Shown: piece after piece, positions 39,768 through 47,817 of the stretch
How positions within the stretch are numbered: position 1 is the stretch's first letter
Layout of the letters: every line of letters begins with the position of its first letter
Source: Methanotrichaceae archaeon
Lineage (GTDB): Archaea; Halobacteriota; Methanosarcinia; Methanotrichales; Methanotrichaceae
Assembly (NCBI GenBank): GCA_963754945.1
Contig: CAVWIG010000028.1
Location: forward strand, 64,001-128,000
Direction of reading: 5' to 3'
DNA length: 64,000 nt
The notes under the pieces: model-generated
Database searches by the model: none
The model's input: the letters and a program-made list of their open reading frames with translations, nothing else
Told to the model about the DNA's origin: nothing
Made by a program: the position numbers and the translations under genes

Positions 39768-40585
39768 TACCTCACCACCTCCGAGGCGCACCTGTGGGCC
39801 CAGCACTGAAAGTTTATGGCCACAGGAAGCGAGGCCGTGTGACAGGAGGCCTTCTCAATCCTCACACCCAAGGCTGTAGTGTCGCCTCCCAGGCCCATAG
39901 GGCCTATCCCAAGGAAATTGATTCTTTCAAGCAGGTCCAGCTCCTGCTCGGAAGACCCAGGCAAGTTGAACAGAGCCTTCTTTGCTAGCCTTGCTGCCAG
40001 GTCGAAGGTTCCGCCTATTCCTATGCCCAGGAACAGAGGGGGACAGGCGTTGGCGGCGCGTTTCGCGACGCTCTGTAGAATGAAGTCGATTGGATCGTCG
40101 GCAGGGTTCAGCATCCCCACAAGGCTCATGTTCTCTGAGCCAGCACCCTTGGGAAAGACCGTGATGTGCAAGCCGTCTCCGTCCACCTCGTCCACGATCA
40201 AGTCAGGAAGCATTTCACCAGTATTGTCTCCGGTGTTCTTTCGGCTGAGAGGATCAACAACATTGGGCCTGAGCGGGACCTCCAGAGTTGCCCTGCGAAC
40301 TCCCTCCGCTATGGCATCGCGAAGATCGAAGTCCATATTCAGGTCGCGACCTTTCTGCACATTGAAAATAAGAAGGCCGGTGTCCTGGCACATGGGCAAG
40401 CTCTCAGACTGAGCTGTGTGGATGTTCTGAAGGATCAGTTGAAGTTGTGATCTGGCGACCCGATTGGTCTCAATCTCAAAGGCATGCTCGATCAGCCTCT
40501 GGACCCAAAGCGGCAGTGATGTCTCTGCCTCTCGGAGAACCCGTATGGTAGCCTCGACAACATCAGATCTTCTCATCTTTGCCAC
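39767..40585 (-). CDS. Fumarate/tartrate hydratase class I, alpha subunit
   Basis: PMCQDTG, PKGAGSEN, ACPP, GIGPMGLGG, HTASLPV, QCWAHR. Confidence 0.92.
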   Translation of the reverse strand: MAKMRRSDVVEATIRVLREAETSLPLWVQRLIEHAFEIETNRVARSQLQLILQNIHTAQSESLPMCQDTGLLIFNVQKGRDLNMDFDLRDAIAEGVRRATLEVPLRPNVVDPLSRKNTGDNTGEMLPDLIVDEVDGDGLHITVFPKGAGSENMSLVGMLNPADDPIDFILQSVAKRAANACPPLFLGIGIGGTFDLAARLAKKALFNLPGSSEQELDLLERINFLGIGPMGLGGDTTALGVRIEKASCHTASLPVAINFQCWAHRCASEVVR

Positions 40586-41291
40586 CTATCTTGATCGGCC
40601 TGGACTGCTCAGGTATGGTCAGCTCCGTCTTTATTCCCAGGGCTTTTTCCAGGGCGTGCTTGTGCAGGTCTGCGGATGTGTGGATTCCTCCTGGGGTCCC
40701 GCGCACTGCCCGGCAGGGGTACTGCTGGCACAAAAGGCCCGCCAGGGCGGGAGCTTCCTCAACGGTCTTGCCTACCAGACCCTGAGCCACATGCCAGGTG
40801 CCTCCGCAGGGAGAGCCTCTGACAACCTTCACTGATGTTATCCGGCCGTCCTTTGTCTCCACATCGAACACTGGACTGCCCAGGCGCTCTGCAAAAGCGT
40901 CTACTGCAGGTATGCCGCACTTCTCCAGGGTGCAACAGATCTCATCCACCTCTATGTGAATGCCGTATTTTCTGGCGAGGTTCTCCAGCTCGCCTATGGA
41001 CCCCGCCCGACCCATTCCGCCAGGTATGACGACCGCCTTAACTCCCCGTTCTCCTGCAAGCTTTACGATTGAAGGGGTCAGATCCGGATGAAAGGTGTAG
41101 AGGATTAGAATGTCCGACTGAAAAACCCGTAGGTCCAGGTTCAGACCTTTGAGGAACTCCTCCGGGTCCTCTATGAAACCTGGAAGCTGCTCAGGGACAT
41201 CAGCCGTCATGACTTCAAAGTCGGTTTGCTGTTTGATGGTTTCTATCAGGCGTTCTCCATACTTGCCTCTCTTGACCACTCCAACCCGCAT
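40563..41291 (-). CDS. DUF166 family protein
   Basis: G.YG.R, FIEDPEE, HPDL, EICC, RGSPCG.T, YPCRA. Confidence 0.8.
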   Translation of the reverse strand: MRVGVVKRGKYGERLIETIKQQTDFEVMTADVPEQLPGFIEDPEEFLKGLNLDLRVFQSDILILYTFHPDLTPSIVKLAGERGVKAVVIPGGMGRAGSIGELENLARKYGIHIEVDEICCTLEKCGIPAVDAFAERLGSPVFDVETKDGRITSVKVVRGSPCGGTWHVAQGLVGKTVEEAPALAGLLCQQYPCRAVRGTPGGIHTSADLHKHALEKALGIKTELTIPEQSRPIKIGGKDEKI

Positions 41292-41371
41292 GGAAGAACA
41301 TTCCCAAGGCGGGTTAAATAAATTCCTTTGCCGGAGAAAAGATATTTTAGGTGGCCAACAGAGCTAGGCTT

Positions 41372-42691
41372 ATGATTCCGGCAGTGCTCATAGCTGGCAC
41401 TCACAGCGGTGTGGGTAAGACCACGGTGGTCCTGGGGCTAATGGCCGCTCTTCGAAGGCGCGGCTTGGCTGTCCAGCCCTTCAAAGTGGGGCCGGATTTC
41501 ATAGATCCATCACACCACACTGCCATCTGCGGCCGCCCTTCCAGAAACCTGGACGCCTTCATGATGGGGATCGACGGAGTCAGGCGATCTTTTGACAGGG
41601 GAGTTGCAGGGGCGGACGTGGCAGTGGTTGAGGGGGTCATGGGTCTGTATGATGGTCTGGACGCAACTGAGGAAGCAAGCACAGCCCAAGTGGCCAAGGC
41701 CCTTGACATTCCTGTCCTTTTGGTCATAAACGTCCACGGCATGTCCCGGAGCGCAGGCGCCATGGAGCTCGGGTACGCCGACTTCGACCCGGGGGTCCGG
41801 CTGACCGGAACCATCCTGAACCGCGTAGGAAGCGAGCGGCATTTATCCATTCTCCAGGAGTCACTTAAGCTGCCGATCTTCGGAGCTCTACCGCGCAGCC
41901 CTCAGGTAGAGCTGAAGAGCAGGCACTTGGGATTACAGATGGGATTCGAGATGGAGCACGACCTTGAGGCTCTTGCATCCCTCGTGGAGGAGCATGTCGA
42001 CATTGAGAGCATCCTCGATCTGGCCTGTGAACCATGCTACGCAGCCGAAACAGAGGAGACATGCGATGCAAAGGTCCGGATAGGAGTAGCAATGGATGAG
42101 GCATTCTGTTTTTATTACGAGGAGAACTTCACGGAGCTGCAGAGAAAGGGAGCGGAGCTGATTCACTTCAGCCCCATGCGCGACGAGCTGCCTGATGTGG
42201 ACGGATTGTACATCGGCGGGGGTTACCCTGAGCTTTATGCAGCACAGCTAGAGAGCGGTAAGGCCCGCAAGCAGATCAAAAAGGCATCTCAAGACGGCAT
42301 GCCGATCTACGGAGAGTGCGGTGGACTGATGTACCTTGGACAGGATCTAATCTCTGAAGATTCAACCCACCGCATGGTTGGAGCCCTGCCAGCAACAACT
42401 GTTATGACCAAAAAGCTCCAGGCCCTGGGTTATGTGAAGGCATGTGTAGTTAAGGCAAACCCAATTGTGGCTCTGGGAAAGGCCATACGAGGTCACGAGT
42501 TCCACTATTCCAGGATGGAGTGCGAGCATGATGCCGAATTCGCCTACCAGCTAAGCAGAGGTCGCGGCATTCAGGATGGCTGGGACGGCCTGGTGGAATA
42601 TAACACTCTTGGAGGATACCTGCACACTCATTTTTATACTTATGCGATTGATAGATTTATCGATAGCTGTAATGCATACAGCAGGCGATGA
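41372..42691 (+). CDS. cbiA: Cobyrinate a,c-diamide synthase (CbiA/CobB; CfbB paralogue possible)
   Basis: SGVGKTT, FKVGPDFID, EGVMGLYDG, RHLGL, GGYPE, ECGG, HEFHY. Confidence 0.85.
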   Translation: MIPAVLIAGTHSGVGKTTVVLGLMAALRRRGLAVQPFKVGPDFIDPSHHTAICGRPSRNLDAFMMGIDGVRRSFDRGVAGADVAVVEGVMGLYDGLDATEEASTAQVAKALDIPVLLVINVHGMSRSAGAMELGYADFDPGVRLTGTILNRVGSERHLSILQESLKLPIFGALPRSPQVELKSRHLGLQMGFEMEHDLEALASLVEEHVDIESILDLACEPCYAAETEETCDAKVRIGVAMDEAFCFYYEENFTELQRKGAELIHFSPMRDELPDVDGLYIGGGYPELYAAQLESGKARKQIKKASQDGMPIYGECGGLMYLGQDLISEDSTHRMVGALPATTVMTKKLQALGYVKACVVKANPIVALGKAIRGHEFHYSRMECEHDAEFAYQLSRGRGIQDGWDGLVEYNTLGGYLHTHFYTYAIDRFIDSCNAYSRR

Positions 42692-42841
42692 GATCTTCAA
42701 TATTTTTTGCTATAAACCGGCTTTCCGACTCGATGATTGGCATTATTTCTCACATCTCAAGGTTCATATGCAATTTTTTAGAGAAAAGCTTAAATTTAGC
42801 ATGGCTAACAAGGCAATGGATTAATCAAAAAGGGATGTATT

Positions 42842-43549
42842 ATGAAGAGTTCGATTAAGTATGGATTGGTGCTTTTCTCCGTGCTGATGGCTGTCTCTTT
42901 TGGAGTGGCTTATGCAGAGAAACAGATGGCTTCTAACGAGACGAACAAGACTATGATGAATGCAACCAACATGACCAACGTCACTATGCCTAAAAACGCA
43001 ACCAACATGACTAACGTTACTATGCCCAACAATGCGACCAACAAGACCGTTCTGAAGGTCAAGTCCGTTGAGGCAGTTTCCAAGAATGCAACTAACAAGA
43101 CCAACGTCACTATGCCTAAAAACGCAACCAACATGACTAACGTTACTATGCCCAACAATGCGACCAACAAGACCGTTCTGAAGGTCAAGTCCGTTGAGGC
43201 AGTTTCCAAGAATGCAACTAACAAGACCAACGTCACTATGCCTAAAAACGCAACCAACGTGACTAACGTTACTATGCCCAACAATGCGACCAACAAGACC
43301 GTTCTGAAGGTCAAATCCGTTGAGGCAGTTTCCAAGAATGCAACCAACATGACAAACGTCACAATGCCCAACAATGCAACCAACAAGACCGTTCTGAAGG
43401 TCAAGTCCGTTGAGGCAGTTTCCAAGAATGCAACTAACAAGACCAACGTCACTATGCCTAAAAACGCAACCAACATGACTAACGTTACTATGCCCAACAA
43501 TGCAACCAAAGTCGTGCCGATGAACAATAGCAGCAAACCGTCGAAGTAA
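42842..43549 (+). CDS. Secreted low-complexity Asn/Thr repeat protein with about 40 N-X-T/S sequons
   Basis: Signal peptide ending AYA followed by NATNMTNVT repeats. Confidence 0.85.
   Translation: MKSSIKYGLVLFSVLMAVSFGVAYAEKQMASNETNKTMMNATNMTNVTMPKNATNMTNVTMPNNATNKTVLKVKSVEAVSKNATNKTNVTMPKNATNMTNVTMPNNATNKTVLKVKSVEAVSKNATNKTNVTMPKNATNVTNVTMPNNATNKTVLKVKSVEAVSKNATNMTNVTMPNNATNKTVLKVKSVEAVSKNATNKTNVTMPKNATNMTNVTMPNNATKVVPMNNSSKPSK
42960..43508 (+). repeat. Intragenic tandem repeat, 126-nt unit with 36-nt sub-units
   Basis: Near-identical units at 42975, 43101 and 43227, plus one shortened unit. Confidence 0.93.
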
Positions 43550-43570
43550 GAAGTAAATACCTATTTTGAT

Positions 43571-43647
43571 CCGGGGCTGAATGCCCCGGGCCACAATATA
43601 AGCTGGGTTATTGCCAAGAACCTCTGCTAATAATGTGCAGCGGTTCT
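43571..43647. terminator. Two stem-loops after the repeat-protein gene
   Basis: CCGGGGC-TGAAT-GCCCCGG (43571-43589); AGAACCTCTGC/GCAGCGGTTCT (43617-43647). Confidence 0.5.
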
Positions 43648-43875
43648 GACAACTTCACAAAGCCAGCATCAAGATCTAGTCCTCATAGATGTCCAAAATG
43701 CCTGAGACCACGGCATCAAAAAGCAGCCAAGAACAAGAAGTCACGAAAGGTTGTGACAGATCGATAATTATAGCTATTACAGCTACTCCTACAGGTGATC
43801 TGGAGAAATGTATCGCTGGCCCTCATGCAAACATTTTTCGCCAAGGACGCAAGAGATGTGCTCAGAGGGAATATA

Positions 43876-44583
43876 TTGAAGCTCTGTCTCGCTATCATCG
43901 CCGTCATACTCCTGACAGGATCGGTGCCGGCGTCTACGATCGTTGTCTGCCATAGCGGCTGCAATTACAGTTCCATACAGAAGGCCATAGATTCCTCCCA
44001 TGCGGGGGATACCATTCTGGTTCAAAGCGGAACGTACAACGAAAACGTTTACGTCAGCAGAGAGCTTACCCTTCGCGGCGTGGACACCTACAAGGGAATG
44101 CCTGTGGTCAATGCCAAAGGATCCGGGAGCGTAATAACCCTTTACGCAGATAACATAACCCTGGATGGGTTCAATGTGACCGGCTCGGGCAGCTGTGGCT
44201 GTGGAAATGCAGGCATAAGGATAATGTCCAACTACAGCACCATCTTTGGAAACACAGCTTACGGGAATAAGTACGGCATCTACTGCGCAAATCACATAGG
44301 TAACAGGATCTACCTGAACAGCCTGGTGAAGAACAACATCAGTGCCTACGATGGCGGAAGCAACCAGTGGTATGAGGATGTGGCGGCTGCCTATGGCATC
44401 AAGGGACTCGCCAACGTCGCCAACGGTCAAGAAGAAATGGGTAACCATTATAGCGACTTCGATCAGCCAGGCCAGGGCTGCAACGATACCAACGGGGACG
44501 GGATATGCGACTCGCCTTATAGAATTAGAGGAGGCTCGAACGTAGACAATTATCCTCTGACTTCTGGTAACGCTGCTCCTTGA
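43876..44583 (+). CDS. Secreted short NosD/CASH beta-helix protein
   Basis: SIQKAID...GDTILV..GTY.E, GNHYSD, DTNGDGICD.PY, DNYPL; probable TTG start. Confidence 0.82.
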   Translation: MKLCLAIIAVILLTGSVPASTIVVCHSGCNYSSIQKAIDSSHAGDTILVQSGTYNENVYVSRELTLRGVDTYKGMPVVNAKGSGSVITLYADNITLDGFNVTGSGSCGCGNAGIRIMSNYSTIFGNTAYGNKYGIYCANHIGNRIYLNSLVKNNISAYDGGSNQWYEDVAAAYGIKGLANVANGQEEMGNHYSDFDQPGQGCNDTNGDGICDSPYRIRGGSNVDNYPLTSGNAAP

Positions 44584-44698
44584 TCTATTTTCATTTTTAG
44601 TCGGCCTTCAGCCGTTCGGCGCCGCCTATCAGAATGAGGTGTCTTCTCAGGTTAGAGATTTATCCATGCACGACAATATCTTCTGGAGGCGACTGGAA

Positions 44699-44974
44699 TT
44701 GGAGATAAGTGAAGGTTCCCTTGTCATGTACAAAGGAACGGGAACTGTTGGCGTTGTGAAGGTTCTGAAGGAAGAAGAGGACGGCAAGTGGGCGTTTCTC
44801 GATTCCACAGGCCTGTATTATCATGTCAGCACTCTGGAGCCCATCGAAAAGGTCCCTGAGAGGAGAGAGCTAGGCGCTGGCTCCCTGGAAGACCTGGAGC
44901 AATTGATGAAGTCCCAACAGGAGATGATGGACAGGGCAAAGATGCAGGACGAAAACCTGGAGACCGGAGGATAG
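44699..44974 (+). CDS. DUF2098-like methanogen protein
   Basis: V.Y.GTGTVG.V, WA.LDST.LYY, C-terminal GG. Confidence 0.7.
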   Translation: MEISEGSLVMYKGTGTVGVVKVLKEEEDGKWAFLDSTGLYYHVSTLEPIEKVPERRELGAGSLEDLEQLMKSQQEMMDRAKMQDENLETGG

Positions 44975-44983
44975 AAGAGCAGG

Positions 44984-45661
44984 CTAGGGCTCGATCCATT
45001 CAACTTTTATCTGCTCATCCAGCTCGATCAAGGCTGCATATCCCTGGCGCATCTCCCCGACATTCACAACAGCAGTTTTGCCCAGCTCAGCCAATCCTCT
45101 GTCCTCATGGATGTGGCCGCAGATGACGAGGTCTGGACTAAAATCATCGACGTAACGTCGCAGGCTCACGCACCCCACTGACTCGCCACTGTAAACAACG
45201 TCACGAGCACCACGTGGCGGCTGATGGGACAGCACAACTCTGCGAGCCGATCCTGAAATCTCACCGTTGGTCGTCTCCAGCGATTCATAAGCACCTTCCA
45301 TCGGCAAGTAGAATCTTCCAGGATCGTTGATCCGCACGGGGTCGCGGATTGCCATCCCGCCGAAACCGACAAAGCCGATTTCTCCAGATCGGCACGAGCT
45401 GCCGTGCATAACCCTCAGGCCTAAATCCTTCCAAAGGTCAAGGACGAACCCCTTGGGGTCCATATTGCCGGGAACGATCAGTACTGGAGGCCCAAGACTT
45501 GCCAGGGTTTCTGCAACTGGCCGGGCCCCCTCTGGCGTGTCACCGTTGTGCAGGTCGCCGCAGAAGGCGATGAGGTCAGCATCAAAGTCCTCTAACCCGG
45601 AGAGCTGCTCTGCGTGGCCGTGAAGGTCGGCCATTCCGAGGATTCTGATGGGGCGATCCAT
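44984..45661 (-). CDS. Metallophosphoesterase
   Basis: DLH, GD, PGNMD, SHQPP, GHIHE. Confidence 0.9.
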   Translation of the reverse strand: MDRPIRILGMADLHGHAEQLSGLEDFDADLIAFCGDLHNGDTPEGARPVAETLASLGPPVLIVPGNMDPKGFVLDLWKDLGLRVMHGSSCRSGEIGFVGFGGMAIRDPVRINDPGRFYLPMEGAYESLETTNGEISGSARRVVLSHQPPRGARDVVYSGESVGCVSLRRYVDDFSPDLVICGHIHEDRGLAELGKTAVVNVGEMRQGYAALIELDEQIKVEWIEP

Positions 45662-45845
45662 TCCACACTCCTACATCCAACAATTGACTTAAATCAGTAA
45701 TGTAATTGGTCGTTTGATCCAAATCATGAAAAAGTTTGTGGAAACCTGTGGATCTGGGGCAGCCTATACAAAGGTCCCATGGAAGAAGATAACTTGAAAA
45801 ATTATATCAATGATAAGGCGCACTAATAAGTTGAAGGTGAATGCA

Positions 45846-46070
45846 ATGGCGGGCAAGAGCTACAAAATCATTGAGCTGGTCGGATCTTCTCCCGACAGTT
45901 GGGAGGAGGCAGTCAAGAAAGCAGTGGATACGTCCTGTGCAGAGCTGACAAACATGAGGATAGCCGAGGTTGTGGAGCTGGACACGAGGCTAGAAGGCGG
46001 AAAGATAGCAGAATACAGGGCCAAGGTCAGGTTGTCCTTCAAGGTGGAAAAGGAACCGGAAACGCTCTAG
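45846..46070 (+). CDS. Dodecin (flavin-binding)
   Basis: YKIIELVGSS..SWEEA...YRAKVRLSFKVE. Confidence 0.88.
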   Translation: MAGKSYKIIELVGSSPDSWEEAVKKAVDTSCAELTNMRIAEVVELDTRLEGGKIAEYRAKVRLSFKVEKEPETL

Positions 46071-46142
46071 ATAGCCAACACCACCATCAAGGAGATCGGC
46101 CCCGCCCTTCCTGGATTCATTCGTTCTTTGAACAGAAATGCT

Positions 46143-46868
46143 TTATGCAAAAATGGCCAGATCTAACCCTGCAAGAAATATGAATGCAGCTATGAAAATT
46201 CTGAACCGGTCCTGAGGAACTCTTTCTACAACTTTTTTGCCGATTACCGATCCAACCAGCGACGCCGGAACATAGATCAAAAGGCCGAACATTATCAGAG
46301 GTTCGAGTCTCGTACCCCCTGTAAAATACGTTGCAATACGGGTGGAGTCTATGACCAGCGCGATGGCTCCGGATGTCGCTATATAAACGGCCTTCGGCAA
46401 GTCAAAGGCGCTCAGGAACATGCCTCTCACGGCTCCACCAATCCCGAAGATACCGGCCAAAAATCCGTAGGATGCTCCTCCGGCTGATGCGGTAAGTGTC
46501 CTCTGCTGCAACCTAAAACGCGGATTAACCAGGATGAATAGGACATAGATGATGAGAAATCCGCCAAGCGCTCTCGAAAGAATTTCTTTTGGGACATCGA
46601 GCGAGATGGACGCACCGATGAAGCTGGTGATTATGCCAGGCGCACCGAACGCGAGCAGCAGCCTCCACTTTATCCCTTCACGGAACAGCAGAAGCTGCCA
46701 GAGCGAACCGAACACATGGATGATGCCCACGAGGAGAAGCGTTTCAGGCAGTGGCAAAAAAAGCAGCAGAACAGGCGTCATAATGGTGGCTATGCCAAAT
46801 CCGGTCATGGCTCCAATTCCGCTCCCGAGAATTGAGAGCAATGCGATGTAGACGATCTCCATTTCCAC
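46143..46868 (-). CDS. TauE/SafE family membrane transporter
   Basis: Two GFG/GIGG half-repeats, about 8 transmembrane helices. Confidence 0.88.
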   Translation of the reverse strand: MEMEIVYIALLSILGSGIGAMTGFGIATIMTPVLLLFLPLPETLLLVGIIHVFGSLWQLLLFREGIKWRLLLAFGAPGIITSFIGASISLDVPKEILSRALGGFLIIYVLFILVNPRFRLQQRTLTASAGGASYGFLAGIFGIGGAVRGMFLSAFDLPKAVYIATSGAIALVIDSTRIATYFTGGTRLEPLIMFGLLIYVPASLVGSVIGKKVVERVPQDRFRIFIAAFIFLAGLDLAIFA

Positions 46869-47091
46869 ATGTATCTAATATCCTCGATGTGAGATTAAGG
46901 TATGCTGCTTGCTTGCGACGACGAAAATATCTGAAGCGCAAAAAAAAACATGAGACCAGAGCGGGACCAGAGTCTCAAGAAAATATTCTCAAAGAAACCC
47001 GAGAAATGAATTATAGATAATTAAAAAAGTCATAAATCCTTTATACTATGAGACGAAATATACTTACCATTAAAAATGGAGAAGAGCAACT

Positions 47092-47370
47092 ATGTCTGCT
47101 ATGAAAGTTTACAGTTGGTCTTACATAGCCCCCGGTGCTACTGTGAGCCTGTATCTATACGGTTTCCCGAATAATTGGGCGTCTACATTCAGCGCTGTAG
47201 TTTATGCTCTAACTGGGCAGGCTTATTATCCATTGGGGAATATAAATTTAACTCAAGGTGAGGTAGATCGAAATAGTGACAACAGTATCGCTCGAAAAGC
47301 TTGGGTGCAGAACCTTGCACCATTCAACCCGTGCGCTGTAGATCTATCCATCCTATTTGATTCATATTAA
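47092..47370 (+). CDS. Hypothetical protein (92 aa, aromatic and beta-rich)
   Basis: ATG with GGAG upstream; TATA-like TTTATA near 47040. Confidence 0.6.
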   Translation: MSAMKVYSWSYIAPGATVSLYLYGFPNNWASTFSAVVYALTGQAYYPLGNINLTQGEVDRNSDNSIARKAWVQNLAPFNPCAVDLSILFDSY

Positions 47371-47393
47371 AAAATGGAATGCGAGGTAATATC

Positions 47394-47621
47394 ATGGGAA
47401 AAGTAAAGATCCACGTTTGGCATGACGCTGCAGGCCAGATCGTTGCAGTTGGCCAGCCTATGCTAGGACAGGACAAGGACCTTCAGGTGACACCACTAAC
47501 TGGCGAGGGCCAGCTAGTATTGGAGACCGAAATTGATGAAGCGAAAATGAAGAACTTGCACCAGACACATGTCGTAGATGTGCATAAAAAGGTCCTTGTT
47601 AAGATTAAAAGTGAGGCTTAA
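47394..47621 (+). CDS. Hypothetical protein (75 aa)
   Basis: GAGGT ribosome-binding site; directly follows the 92-aa ORF. Confidence 0.65.
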   Translation: MGKVKIHVWHDAAGQIVAVGQPMLGQDKDLQVTPLTGEGQLVLETEIDEAKMKNLHQTHVVDVHKKVLVKIKSEA

Positions 47622-47817
47622 CATCCTAAGCTCTTGGCCCCTACCTATTTTTCGTCGAGTTCGGTTATTAATAGTTCATCTGAGCTCTTTCTAAAGCAGC
47701 CTGAATATATTCCATGAACATGTTCCAAGATTCTATCCGAACTTCAGAGGATACGAAATATGCGATTCGCCTCAAAGAAACAAAATAGGCTCAAAAAAGC
47801 GAAATGAAGGCCGAGTC

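Noticed and set aside
42960-43508. Possible CRISPR array
   Set aside because: Units are contiguous in-frame coding repeats with no unique spacers, and no cas genes are present
42821-43594. Two long antisense ORFs (257 aa Cys/His-rich; 208 aa hydrophobic)
   Set aside because: By-products of the stop-free tandem repeat; the plus-strand ORF has the signal peptide
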